Shown here: positions 1-10,114 of the stretch, piece by piece
Layout: every line of letters begins with the position of its first letter
How positions within the stretch are numbered: the stretch's first letter is position 1
NCBI GenBank assembly: GCA_963663965.2
Contig: CAXXFK010000030.1
Coordinates: 263,771 to 327,770 of the forward strand
DNA length: 64,000 nt
DNA from: Sedimentisphaerales bacterium
GTDB lineage: Bacteria; Planctomycetota; Phycisphaerae; Sedimentisphaerales; SM23-30
Reading direction: 5' to 3'
Notes under the pieces: model-generated
Databases searched by the model: none
Seen by the model: the letters and a program-made list of their open reading frames with translations, nothing else
Told to the model about the DNA's origin: nothing
Translations under genes and position numbers: made by a program

Positions 1-7
1 GTCTCCT

Positions 8-310
8 TTATTGAAGCATGGCTGCGGGCATATCAAATCCGATCTGCCGCATTTTGGCCGCCAGTGAATCGGAACAATCTGTGATCGACAGGCGTCTTTT
101 GTTTTTCTCGGCGGTTTTTCCGGCCGCAACCAGTATTTGTAAAGCGGTAATGTCGCAATCGGTCACATCAGCCAGATTGAGTTCGATTGCCGGTGAGGTA
201 TCGAGCGCTTCCAGTAAGGTATTCCGAAGCGAAACGGCATCGTAAATGGTGATGTCGCCATCGAGGATAAAAATGGTTCTATCTTTTATTTTTTCATTTC
301 GCAGGTTCAT
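8..310 (-). CDS. STAS domain protein (anti-sigma antagonist-like, chemotaxis-associated)
   Basis: 100 aa with STAS pattern LDGDITIY...LNLADVTDCDITALQILVA; follows the MCP-like gene. Confidence 0.85.
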   Translation of the reverse strand: MNLRNEKIKDRTIFILDGDITIYDAVSLRNTLLEALDTSPAIELNLADVTDCDITALQILVAAGKTAEKNKRRLSITDCSDSLAAKMRQIGFDMPAAMLQ

Positions 311-333
311 GATGGTATCCTTTTATGATCGTA

Positions 334-2157
334 TTAGAATAATTCGATATTGTCTCCAAGATCGTCCTCACTGCCTGAGGACAAGTCTGCCTGGGGCAGG
401 GTATCCGTAGAGAAACCGGCGCCGGTATCGGATGTGGCATTATTGGCGCCGGTCAGGCATAGGCGATGAATGATCCGTTCGTTTTCCATCGTGTAGCGCC
501 GGCCGATTTGTTCCAGTTCCGCCCGTTGACTTTCAGTAACCGAACCGGCATAATCCGCCAGCGGCGCGGCCAGTTCGTTCAGAACCAGGCTGTGTTCCCG
601 TAAACGCGCCTCCAGATCGGTTAAAAAAGCAAGCGAATCCCGGATGGGTTCAATGCGATCATTCAACTCCAGGATTGATTGTTGCAGTTGATCGAGCATG
701 ACGGAACTGTTATCGAACACCTGGTTAAATTCATTGAGATAACGGTCTAATAGCGTCTCTTGCGGCTCTTTGGCAACCTGATTGTTCGTCTCGGCGCTAT
801 TGACTTTCCTTAGAATTTTCTGGGTGTTATCCACAATATCTTTAAGTTGCCGGCTGATACTGTCCACCCAGGCGCCGGTATCGTTGGAAGTCTGATAAAC
901 TTCCTGCGCCAGTACTTCCTGGGTACGACCCTCCTGGCCCAGGTGGCCGGACAGGACAATGGCGTTCATCGACTTCAGGTCAAGTTCGATCCGGATCTCC
1001 CCGATCGCATCGGCCTGGCTATGTAATTTTTCAGATAATCCGCTTAATCGAGTTATGGACTGAATGATGTTATGACGAAGTTGGGAGGTTTTTCGTAACA
1101 AGCTGGAAAAATTCGCCAGCTTGGACTGGATTTGAGGATACACTTGCCGGTCACTCGTCGGATTTTCGGCCGGATTGTTATTTAGCTTAAGGATCGAACT
1201 GGCAATGTCAATCAGGGCATGATCCATTTCATCATAAACCCGCCGAAAGGTCTGGGCGGCCTGTTCGATCTGGGCGCCCTGCAAGGTCAGGATCAGATAA
1301 GTCATGCCCAGTTGCGATGACTCGTTTCCGGCGGTCGAATCGGTATATCCGATTCGAATTTCGTCCAGCGATTCTATGACATGTTCCAGTTGCTGGCGGG
1401 TAATATCGTGGAATTGAATACCCATGACAACATCGTTTATGTGACGAGTGACCTCGGCAAAGATATGGACGGCTTGCGTCATGGTCTGGTGTGAATGTTC
1501 GGATAGTGTGGCAATATCAATGAGTACCTGACGGATCTGCATATCGACTTCTTCCACCAGCGGCGCCAGGTAAGCCAACTCGCTACGCATGGTTTTGATC
1601 GTTGCCATCTGAAGTTGATGGCATGACTGAATATCCGTGTTGTAGGTGGCTGATATCTCTTTGATTCGATCGCTCAGCTTTGAGATCTCGTATGAAAAGT
1701 CAGTAAAGTCGGCGCGGGCCCAATCCAGATGAACGCTTTCCACCTGCATATTCAGGCCGATAATCCGTAACCGGCGTGTCATTTTACCCAACGTGCCCCT
1801 GGATTGCTCCAGACGATCCGTGATTTGTGCTGTCTGCTCCAGGATCGTCATGTCCTCGTGAGCGTCTTGCTGAGAGCGGTTCAATTCGACCAGTGCCTGT
1901 TCGACCAGTTCCAGGACCTTCCTGACTGGGTGGTCTTCCCGGGCTGGATCCATACCATCGGCGTTAATGAAGGTGTTTTCCCGGATCTTCCCGATGGCCA
2001 GCGAAAGATTTTGCAGCGATTCGCAGATCTGCATGAATCCCGGTTCAACCGTTTGGTTCGTCGCTTCAATGTGACGAGCCAGATCCGTTATCTGACTTAA
2101 TGCGTTATCGCTCAATACGCTCATTTCTCTCTGCTCTTCTGCTATTAATAAAGCCAT
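334..2157 (-). CDS. Soluble methyl-accepting chemotaxis-like protein
   Basis: Helical protein with no TM segment; IQFHDITRQQLEHV, MCP-like SMNAIVLSGHLGQEGR..VLAQEV, RYTMENER and C-terminal GDNIELF; start may be slightly downstream. Confidence 0.75.
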   Translation of the reverse strand: MALLIAEEQREMSVLSDNALSQITDLARHIEATNQTVEPGFMQICESLQNLSLAIGKIRENTFINADGMDPAREDHPVRKVLELVEQALVELNRSQQDAHEDMTILEQTAQITDRLEQSRGTLGKMTRRLRIIGLNMQVESVHLDWARADFTDFSYEISKLSDRIKEISATYNTDIQSCHQLQMATIKTMRSELAYLAPLVEEVDMQIRQVLIDIATLSEHSHQTMTQAVHIFAEVTRHINDVVMGIQFHDITRQQLEHVIESLDEIRIGYTDSTAGNESSQLGMTYLILTLQGAQIEQAAQTFRRVYDEMDHALIDIASSILKLNNNPAENPTSDRQVYPQIQSKLANFSSLLRKTSQLRHNIIQSITRLSGLSEKLHSQADAIGEIRIELDLKSMNAIVLSGHLGQEGRTQEVLAQEVYQTSNDTGAWVDSISRQLKDIVDNTQKILRKVNSAETNNQVAKEPQETLLDRYLNEFNQVFDNSSVMLDQLQQSILELNDRIEPIRDSLAFLTDLEARLREHSLVLNELAAPLADYAGSVTESQRAELEQIGRRYTMENERIIHRLCLTGANNATSDTGAGFSTDTLPQADLSSGSEDDLGDNIELF

Positions 2158-2520
2158 TTTCTCTTATGAGTAAAGTACGTTTAAAGATACAGGCGTTTGA
2201 ATACTTTTCCTCAATTCCCATTTCGACCGGAATACTATAAAACTTAGGCAAGTTATTATCGATGGACTTTATCCAGATAGGCCGTCCGATAAAAAAGGCC
2301 ATATTAGCCGATGAATTCCATTTTTTCCGCTGTTGTTTTACCAAGATGTCATAATGAGCAATGGGAAGTTTTTTTATGTGACCGATAATTGAAAGGTTAT
2401 CAAGAAAATCAGGTTGCCCGGACCGATTCTGACAGGTGCGAAAAACGGGAGTTTCGAATCAACGAGGTTTTTTATAACGGATTTGTTTAATATTTTTCCA
2501 AATGGTTATAAAGTCAAATA

Positions 2521-2547
2521 AAAAACGCGGTGTGGAACCGCGTTTTT
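2521..2547. terminator. Rho-independent terminator (potentially bidirectional)
   Basis: AAAAACGCGG-tgtggaa-CCGCGTTTTT hairpin about 50 bp downstream of the stop of the 1444-aa gene. Confidence 0.75.
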
Positions 2548-2597
2548 CAAAGATAAGTACTGTATTAAGGCGATTTAATGTTGGAATCAATAGCCGG

Positions 2598-5500
2598 TTA
2601 TGACATGTCAGCCAGCAGGGCAATTTCCTGTTGAGTCAATACCCGGTCATAAATCCGGACATCATCGATTTTGCCGCCGATGGCGCGTCCGCCGCCAATG
2701 CGATCACCCAAGGTCACTGGCAAATCAACATTCATCTGCATGGCGCCGTCTAAAGCCGTTTGTTGCGCGGAAGAGGGTTCCTGGCCATTGACATAAACAT
2801 GGACTTTACGGTCGCCCAGATCATCATAGGTCATCACCAGATGGTACCATTGGCCCGCCTGGGGGGTAATGGTGGTTTCGGTCAGTGCGTACGTTCCGCT
2901 GCCGTTGACAAAACCGGTAATATGACCCGATTGGGTTCCCCAGGTCTGAACACTCCAGAGATGACTGCTCAGATTTCGCTGGCCGGCGATATGAAATGAT
3001 TGAGTCAATGAAATAGCGTTGGCATTGAACCAGAACGCCACGGTAAAGGCCGGATAGGTAAGTCCGCTGCCTGCGCCGCAATTGGCCAGGTCGTTAATAC
3101 CGTCAAGCACCAGACCGCCGTTGCCGATTTTGTAATTGCCCAGGAGATGGCTGATCGCGGCCCCGTTTTCCAGCAGGGCGTCCCGGTTTCCAACGCTGTC
3201 ATTGCCATTCTCGTCAAATTTCCAATACGCGATGGGTTTGGGATTGGATGATTCAGATAACCAGCGCAGCGCCAGCTCACTGAAATCATAAAGATCGATA
3301 CGGGTATCGTAGAAGAAAATATTGCCGACTGATGGATTCAGATTGTTTTCCTGGACCAGCCACTCATCCGTTATCGAAGGTAAATCTCCGGCATCGATCT
3401 GTCCGCTGTCGTTCAGGTCGCCAGTCAGGCGGGCCGGTTGCGGCACAACGGCGAGAATGGATAACCCGCCGTTGCGGTTACTGACCAGCAGCCGGGAGTC
3501 CGCCTGGTTGATCCGGGTGCTTTCCGCCGGCAGTGCGGTGCGGGCATGGATGATGGGGTTGGCTGGATCGGTAATATCAAAGATCGTTACGCCTCCCTGG
3601 CTGTTGGCCAGGCAGAGCCGTTGATTAATTACCGCCAGACTGACCGCCCGCCCGGGCAGATCATATTGGCCGATCAAAGCGGGGGCGGCAGGGTTATTCA
3701 AACTGAATATGGCCAGTCCGCCAGTAGCCTGAGCCGCGTACAGGGTGTTGCCCGCAATGGCCAGACTATAGGCCGTATCGGCAGTGTCGACCTGGCTGAC
3801 TGGAGACAGGCTTTCAATCAGAACGGTCTGAATACCCATGCCGGCGCTGGCGAGATAGACATAGCCGTTATAGAGGGCAAGATCGAGAATCCGCGCGGGA
3901 CTGTGCCAGGAACTGATCAAGTCCGGATTGTCGTTATCGTTGGTCAAACGATAAAGTGTTCGCTCATCGGCGGCCAGCAAAGTGGCCGCGTTGGCGGCTA
4001 CCTGATCGATCTGGGTTCCACTGTCAAAATGACCTTTTAACACTGGATGGGCCGGATCCGCGATCGAAGCCACCCGCAGACCGTCCAGGCCGTTGGCAAT
4101 ATGAACCTTGTCGTCAACCACCGCGAATTCACTGGCCTGGCCCAGGGTATTGAGCATACTGATCTGACCGGGCCTCAATACTTCGCTTAAGTCAACCACC
4201 TGCAATCCTTCATCCCCTTCCGCGGTTAAAACACGTTCCAGACCGTTGACGGGTGTCAGGCCGGCGGGACTGGCATGAAACGTCCATGGATTACTGACTG
4301 CCGGAAGTTCCGGATTGGCCAGATCGACCAGGCAGACACCCAGTTTTTGCCGGGCCACTGCCAGCCGGTTCGTATCGACTGCCAGAAGATCGACTGCGCC
4401 ATCGGTGCCGGGAATGATCCTGACCGAGACGGGTTCGTCCGGGTTGGTGATATTGACCAGCTCAATACCGGCCGCGGTAGCCACACAGGCAAAATCACCC
4501 GATAACGCCATCGCCCGGCCGGTTCCTCCCTGCAGGCGGCACTGACCGGTCACGGTCAGTGTGCTTCCGTTGTATTGGCCGGTCATAAAATCGTCCAGAT
4601 AGTTGGTTACATAAACGGTATCGCCATTCACGGCCATTGCCCTGGGCAGTTCGGTGAGTCCGACCTGACCGGTCAGTTTTGGCGTCCAGGTAGATAACTC
4701 GACCATCTTCACGCCGGTTTCCTGACAGAGCAGCCAGGCGCGATCGCCGGTTATCGTTACTTTTGTTACCGGCTCCGTCGGGGTGTATTGCCGGTCCGGC
4801 TGAAGCGAGGAAACTGAGATGGCATATTGGATCAGGCCGCCAGAGCCGTCGGCGACACAAAGATGATCGCCATGCCAGGCAACGGACTGGGCATAGAAAT
4901 CAGTATTATATCCGGCGAGAGGTTCAATGGGTGTAAAGTTGGTCAGATCAATCAGCGCCACACCCCGCTTGCCCAGCGCGACCGCAGCACGATCACCTTG
5001 AATCGCAATATCCAGGATGGTATCATCCAGAGGCATTTGACGTAACAGAACCGGACCGGCGGGATCACCCATCTGCAGCCGGCATAGCATATGGCCCTGT
5101 CCAACCAGCACGTCTGATCCATATTGCGCCAGGCAGTTCGAGGCGCTGCCGATACCGCCCACGGCCCTCAGGGTGTAGGCGGCTTCGCCAATGGTCTGCG
5201 CCTGAAGATCTACATACGTAACCGGGGTATCCGGATCATCGCTGCCGACGGCCAGTCTGGCATAGGGGTAATCTCCGGCGCGTGTGGTGTTCAATTGAAC
5301 AGTTAAATTGCGCAGGGTATTTTCGGTTCCATCGGAAAGAGTGCCGCGGATACTGGAAAATGCCGCCTGACACAGGGTGCCATCGCTATGACTGGTGACC
5401 GCCAGGCCGATCAGGACGCTCGTACTCATACTGATGGATTCGGATCCCACCGGTGTCCAGCTGGAGCCGTTGGATGAATAATAAGCGCTGAAGGTGCTGC

Positions 5501-6932
5501 CCTGGCGGACCAGGCGAACCCACGTGGGGGCCGTGAGACTGCCGATCGTGGTACTGGTTGAGGCGCCTTCGGTCGAGACCCGCCGCTGGAATGAAACACC
5601 GTTACCCGGCGTGACGCACATGAAGGCGTGTTTGGCCTCATTGGAAGTGCCATTGCGGATCATGACCCCGGCTTTGGCCCAGGTATTGGTATTGGCGACT
5701 GAATTAACCTTTGCGATAATCTCGCCATCGCCATTCAGCGATTGATAGGCGTAATGGAACTCATCCTCTTCCCCCCAGATATCTTCCCCGGAACCTGAAA
5801 TGGTTATGGTGCCGTTGCCATAGGTTGTACTGCCGGCAGCGCCCACTTCACCAATATCACGGTTTGACCATGGGTTGGTTCTGGTTGGGATGGTTAAGGG
5901 CAGCGTCGGGGCGCCGATCAGCGAATAATGATCTTTATCCAGGCCGGTCAGATTCAGGGAGGTAATGGTCAGGTTTTTGTCGCCCAGATTCTGCAGGGCA
6001 ACGGTTGCCTGGCGGGTCTGGTTTTCGGGCACATCTTTAAACTGAATCATTTGAGGAGACACGGCAATATCTGAAAATGCCGGAGACAATGTGGTAAAAG
6101 TCTGGATATCATTCGCCCAGATATCTTTGGTGGAGGAGACGACCCGGAACCGATAATAATAAGTCGTTACCGGGGTCAGGCCGGTCAGGGTATGCGACAA
6201 AGTTCCTATTCCCTGAATACCCAACGATACCGCATGATCCCAGCCGGCGGGACTAGTGCCGCCCTGGTTGTCATTGCCCCAGTACAGATACACCAGCGGA
6301 TTTTCGCCATCGGTACCGGTAACCTGACCGTTGAGTACGGCGCTGGTTTCCGTCACAGTACCGGCCGGCAAATTAGAAATGCCCAGTCCGCTGGGAACAT
6401 ATTCGATCCGGACATTGAGAAACTTGCCATTGGCCGGGGTCTGTACCCAGGGCGTGCGGCCTTTGGTAATATTGAAAGTGGCCACATTCAGATTGTTGGA
6501 ATCGTTGCCATTGGAGCATTCCATCCAGAGTTTATAATTGCCATCCGGCAGGGTGGTCCCATCGGGCAAGCTGGTATTGTACATGGTGCAATCCCAGCTG
6601 ATGACATATTCCCGGTATCCGCTTTGCGTAGCGCCCGTCCGGTCAGTGCGGTCATCGGTTCTATAAGTGGGATTATTGGAATACCAGGTATAACAACTGC
6701 CATAACGGGTATTGGCCCAGAGCGCAACCTTGCCATTGCCGGTGCCGAGTGTGCAGACCCGATTGTTGCTGGTATCGGTCAACCAGACCGCCTGGACATA
6801 ACTGGTCCCGTAACGTCCTCCCGCATCCGTTGGCGTAAACCGAACGGTGAAGGTGTCGGCTTGAAGCGTCTGGCCGACAGTCACAGTCAATAGCAGGATA
6901 CCAAAAATGGTTCGGGCTGTTGCGTTATTCAT
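2598..6932 (-). CDS. Secreted multidomain protein: DUF2271-like N-terminus, FN3/Ig-like, ConA-like (DUF1349-like), LVIVD-repeat propellers, dockerin-like, LamG
   Basis: Signal peptide; YVQAVWLTD..TL..W..W..TGAT..WD..LPDGNYKLWME; LTGLTPVTTYYYR; GDGEIIAKV..WAKAGVMIR..WVRLVRQG; repeated GL.(I/V)VD.S.P..P; GDLNDSGQIDAGDL; AYWKFDE..GQWYHLVMTYD..GKIDDVRIYDRVLT. Confidence 0.75.
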   Translation of the reverse strand: MNNATARTIFGILLLTVTVGQTLQADTFTVRFTPTDAGGRYGTSYVQAVWLTDTSNNRVCTLGTGNGKVALWANTRYGSCYTWYSNNPTYRTDDRTDRTGATQSGYREYVISWDCTMYNTSLPDGTTLPDGNYKLWMECSNGNDSNNLNVATFNITKGRTPWVQTPANGKFLNVRIEYVPSGLGISNLPAGTVTETSAVLNGQVTGTDGENPLVYLYWGNDNQGGTSPAGWDHAVSLGIQGIGTLSHTLTGLTPVTTYYYRFRVVSSTKDIWANDIQTFTTLSPAFSDIAVSPQMIQFKDVPENQTRQATVALQNLGDKNLTITSLNLTGLDKDHYSLIGAPTLPLTIPTRTNPWSNRDIGEVGAAGSTTYGNGTITISGSGEDIWGEEDEFHYAYQSLNGDGEIIAKVNSVANTNTWAKAGVMIRNGTSNEAKHAFMCVTPGNGVSFQRRVSTEGASTSTTIGSLTAPTWVRLVRQGSTFSAYYSSNGSSWTPVGSESISMSTSVLIGLAVTSHSDGTLCQAAFSSIRGTLSDGTENTLRNLTVQLNTTRAGDYPYARLAVGSDDPDTPVTYVDLQAQTIGEAAYTLRAVGGIGSASNCLAQYGSDVLVGQGHMLCRLQMGDPAGPVLLRQMPLDDTILDIAIQGDRAAVALGKRGVALIDLTNFTPIEPLAGYNTDFYAQSVAWHGDHLCVADGSGGLIQYAISVSSLQPDRQYTPTEPVTKVTITGDRAWLLCQETGVKMVELSTWTPKLTGQVGLTELPRAMAVNGDTVYVTNYLDDFMTGQYNGSTLTVTGQCRLQGGTGRAMALSGDFACVATAAGIELVNITNPDEPVSVRIIPGTDGAVDLLAVDTNRLAVARQKLGVCLVDLANPELPAVSNPWTFHASPAGLTPVNGLERVLTAEGDEGLQVVDLSEVLRPGQISMLNTLGQASEFAVVDDKVHIANGLDGLRVASIADPAHPVLKGHFDSGTQIDQVAANAATLLAADERTLYRLTNDNDNPDLISSWHSPARILDLALYNGYVYLASAGMGIQTVLIESLSPVSQVDTADTAYSLAIAGNTLYAAQATGGLAIFSLNNPAAPALIGQYDLPGRAVSLAVINQRLCLANSQGGVTIFDITDPANPIIHARTALPAESTRINQADSRLLVSNRNGGLSILAVVPQPARLTGDLNDSGQIDAGDLPSITDEWLVQENNLNPSVGNIFFYDTRIDLYDFSELALRWLSESSNPKPIAYWKFDENGNDSVGNRDALLENGAAISHLLGNYKIGNGGLVLDGINDLANCGAGSGLTYPAFTVAFWFNANAISLTQSFHIAGQRNLSSHLWSVQTWGTQSGHITGFVNGSGTYALTETTITPQAGQWYHLVMTYDDLGDRKVHVYVNGQEPSSAQQTALDGAMQMNVDLPVTLGDRIGGGRAIGGKIDDVRIYDRVLTQQEIALLADMS

Positions 6933-6953
6933 GATACGGTTCCTTTATAATTG

Positions 6954-7436
6954 TTAATGGGACAGGGACTGGTTTTGATGGGTAAAGTAATGAACTCGGG
7001 AATGAATGCATTGCACAATCTGAGGCAATGCTTTTTTCAATTTAGACGACAACTCCAGGCCCAGATCGATTTGAGCCGGCTGAATACCGACGATCAGTAC
7101 GCGTGGGCGACGTTCCGGATCCAGCATTTGAATGGCCGCCGGTAAACCCAGGTCATGCAGGGAATGCCCATCTGGAACCAGCGCGTCGCCGCCGTCAAAA
7201 TAATAAACACTGCCGGGCGGGCCATCGGCACAAACCGCGTCAATGGCAATGATCTGAGCATAGTTTTCCAGAATATCCAGCGAGCCCAGCACGGACGTGC
7301 CGATCTCGTACAGATCGGTATCGACCGGCGGATCCTGCATCATCTTGCGAATGATGTGTACTCCCACGCCGTCATCCTGCATCAGCAGATTGCCCAGGCC
7401 GAGAATCGCTATTCTGGTTGGAGCTGGTTTATTCAT
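6954..7436 (-). CDS. Hydrogenase maturation protease (HyaD/HybD family)
   Basis: ILGLGNLLMQDDGVGVH, IDAV, HSLHD, GIQP motifs; start set to the ATG at 7436 (MNKP), 11 bp after the large-subunit stop. Confidence 0.93.
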   Translation of the reverse strand: MNKPAPTRIAILGLGNLLMQDDGVGVHIIRKMMQDPPVDTDLYEIGTSVLGSLDILENYAQIIAIDAVCADGPPGSVYYFDGGDALVPDGHSLHDLGLPAAIQMLDPERRPRVLIVGIQPAQIDLGLELSSKLKKALPQIVQCIHSRVHYFTHQNQSLSH

Positions 7437-7447
7437 AAACAAGTAAC

Positions 7448-8869
7448 TCAACGAATTCTGACAAGTTTGGCTTCCTGACCCGGCCGGATCACGTGTGTGG
7501 CGCAATCCAGGCAGGGATCGAATGAATGAATGATACGCATCACTTCGATCGGCATATCCGGATTTTCGATGGGCGTGCCCAGCAGGGCTTCTTCCAGCGG
7601 GCCGGGAACACCGCCGCTATCGCGGGGTGAACAGTTCCAGGTCGTTGGGGAGATCACCTGATAGGCGGCCAGTTTGCCATTTTCGATTTTCAACCAGTGG
7701 CCCAGCGCGCCGCGCGGCGCTTCGGTCAATCCGCTGGCTGTGGCGCTATCGGGCAGGACGGGTTCGTTATAAACAGCGCCGGCCGGGTCCAGCTGGTTAA
7801 CCCAGATTCGCAGCGCCTCGGCCACCAGTAATGCTTCATGGGCCCGGGCCAGATGCCGGTCCATAGTGGAAATGCCGTTTTGATAATCGCCCCGAACCCA
7901 CATGCGCGCCAGGGGTCCGACTTCGTAGGGCTTGCCAAGATAGCGGGGTGATTTGACCCAGGAATAAGCGTCCCGTTTGGGGCTTTGAGGCTGGGTATAA
8001 CTTTCCGAAGGATGGATCGGATTCGCATCCGCAAACCAGGAATAAGTCACCTGTTCGGTGATCTGGGCGGCATTGAAAGGTTGAACGTTTCTTGAACCAT
8101 TCGCGATACTCCCGGCCGGTATCAACCGCTGGCCCGGCGTTGATTCTTCAAATACGCCGTATGCCAGCAGGTTTTTGCATCCGGCTCCGATCGAGAAGTA
8201 ATCGCGATAGATCGTACCCAGTAACTCGACATCAGGAATATAAACATCCCGCACAAACGGGATCAATTCGTCCAGAAAACGATTGTACTCATCAATACGT
8301 TCCTGGCGTGGTGTACAGGTGAATCCGCCCGGAATAAAGGCGTTGGGATGCGGCGCCCGACCGCCAAAAATGGCCGTCATCTGATCGGCCTTGCGGCGCA
8401 TGGTGACCGCCTGAAGATAATGGCTGACCAGCCGGTCGGTCTGGGTCTTATCCAGACGGCGATCGATATCCCAGTCTGCCTGCCAGGGCGGCATGGCGGG
8501 ACCCGCGACATAATCAGGCACGGACAGCAGATAAAAGTGCAGAATATGCGACTCGACAAAATTGGCGCCGTTGACCAGGTTGCGCATCAAACGGGCATTG
8601 TTTGGAATATTGACGCCGAAGGCATTGTCCAGATTCAAAACCGACGCCATGCCATGCGCGACCGGGCAAACCCCGCAGATACGCTGGGTGATGTGCTGCG
8701 CGTCGCGCGGATCGCGGCCGATCAGCAGCTTCTCAAAGCCCCGGAACAGTCCCCCGGTCGCCTTGGCATCGACTACCTGCTGAACACCGTTAACGGTGTC
8801 GATTTCGATTTGGATATTAAGATGCCCTTCGATACGGGTAACGGGATCGAATGCCGCGGTAATTTTCAT
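7448..8869 (-). CDS. [NiFe]-hydrogenase large subunit (group 1, 1a-like)
   Basis: DPVTRIEGH, L1 QRICGVCPVAH, EAPRGALGHW, L2 SFDPCLDCATH and a cleavable C-terminal extension; no Sec codon. Confidence 0.96.
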   Translation of the reverse strand: MKITAAFDPVTRIEGHLNIQIEIDTVNGVQQVVDAKATGGLFRGFEKLLIGRDPRDAQHITQRICGVCPVAHGMASVLNLDNAFGVNIPNNARLMRNLVNGANFVESHILHFYLLSVPDYVAGPAMPPWQADWDIDRRLDKTQTDRLVSHYLQAVTMRRKADQMTAIFGGRAPHPNAFIPGGFTCTPRQERIDEYNRFLDELIPFVRDVYIPDVELLGTIYRDYFSIGAGCKNLLAYGVFEESTPGQRLIPAGSIANGSRNVQPFNAAQITEQVTYSWFADANPIHPSESYTQPQSPKRDAYSWVKSPRYLGKPYEVGPLARMWVRGDYQNGISTMDRHLARAHEALLVAEALRIWVNQLDPAGAVYNEPVLPDSATASGLTEAPRGALGHWLKIENGKLAAYQVISPTTWNCSPRDSGGVPGPLEEALLGTPIENPDMPIEVMRIIHSFDPCLDCATHVIRPGQEAKLVRIR

Positions 8870-8945
8870 GACTTTCTCCTGAAAGAAAGGATCTGGTTAA
8901 ATTCGAATGGTTTATTTTTATGCGGGGAACAAACTCGACAAATAC

Positions 8946-9917
8946 TTACAGTTCATAGAACGATCCGCCCGGGAAATCCGGCTCGACGCAGCCCAGGCAT
9001 AATCCGTTGCTATCGACGCACCAGTTGACTGCGCCGCCTTCGCCTTTGTTCCAGCGGCGGGTCGGGCAATCCGCGAAGGTGTTTGGGCCGCGACACCCCA
9101 GCGGTTCCAGACATAAACCATCCTGACCGAAAGTGGTGGCAAGACCAGTGCCTTGTTTGTTGGGATTGCGCGGACAGTGTTCGTGGATATTGCGAACATT
9201 GAGATTGTCATCCTTGTTGCCATAGATTTCCACTGGTCGCAGATAGGGGTCTAATTGCGGAATATTGCCCAGAATCAACTGGACGACCGCCCAGGCCACC
9301 CAATCGGGATGCGCCGGGCAGCCCGGAATATTGATGACCGGCTTATCTGGGTAGAGGGCATGGACCGCTTGATGGCAGGGGATGACGCCGGTTGGGTTGG
9401 TTTCTTTGGGATCGGGGCCGGACATGGGAATGCCGCCATAGCTGGCACAGGTGCCTACGCAGACCACCGCCGCGGCATCCTTGGCCAGATCCTTGATGGC
9501 GTCATGATAAGTGATTTCCTGTCCGTTAGCCGTGGCGATCAGGCAGGCTCGACCGTCAAATGCCATCGGAACGCCGCCTTCCAGCACCAGAACAAATCCA
9601 CCTTTACGGGCCGCTTCAAAGTTCATGGTCCAGGCGGTTTCACCGGCTGATGACATAACTACCGTATGATAGGCAAGATTGACATGCTGGATCAATACTT
9701 GATCCACTGTCAGGTGCCCAACCGGATCGACGTTGTCGAAAAGATTTAAAAATGAGATCGAGTCGCCCTGACAACCGCTGCCATGCAGCCAGATCAGGGT
9801 GGGGGCGCCGTCACTGGCCAGGGCCGCTTCCAATTGACGTACGGTGGCCTGGGTTAATCCCAGCGAAGCCGCCGCTGCTCCGCAAAACTGTAAAAATTGT
9901 CGCCTGGAGATCTGCAT
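8946..9917 (-). CDS. [NiFe]-hydrogenase small subunit, Tat-exported
   Basis: SRRQFL Tat signal; GCQGD, GTCASYGG, IPGCPAHP, IHEHCPR, CLEPLGCRGP, NWCVDSNGLCLGC; no C-terminal TM anchor. Confidence 0.95.
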   Translation of the reverse strand: MQISRRQFLQFCGAAAASLGLTQATVRQLEAALASDGAPTLIWLHGSGCQGDSISFLNLFDNVDPVGHLTVDQVLIQHVNLAYHTVVMSSAGETAWTMNFEAARKGGFVLVLEGGVPMAFDGRACLIATANGQEITYHDAIKDLAKDAAAVVCVGTCASYGGIPMSGPDPKETNPTGVIPCHQAVHALYPDKPVINIPGCPAHPDWVAWAVVQLILGNIPQLDPYLRPVEIYGNKDDNLNVRNIHEHCPRNPNKQGTGLATTFGQDGLCLEPLGCRGPNTFADCPTRRWNKGEGGAVNWCVDSNGLCLGCVEPDFPGGSFYEL

Positions 9918-10114
9918 AAGTGTTCCTTTACTGTTGATAGTTAGGGCGGTTATTCTCGGATCAGAATGGTAAGGGAAACAAACGGAAACAGGATTATGTA
10001 GGGTTAAAACTGAAACGTTCAGGAATACCTGTGATAATTTTTAATGGATCGGCTCAAAGGGTGGATGACATCATCAGTTGCGGTCCATCCTGATAAAAAT
10101 CTTTCAACCGGTTC

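Noticed and set aside
7448..7530. Selenocysteine ([NiFeSe]) hydrogenase
   Set aside because: L2 reads DPCLDC with Cys codons and there is no in-frame TGA.
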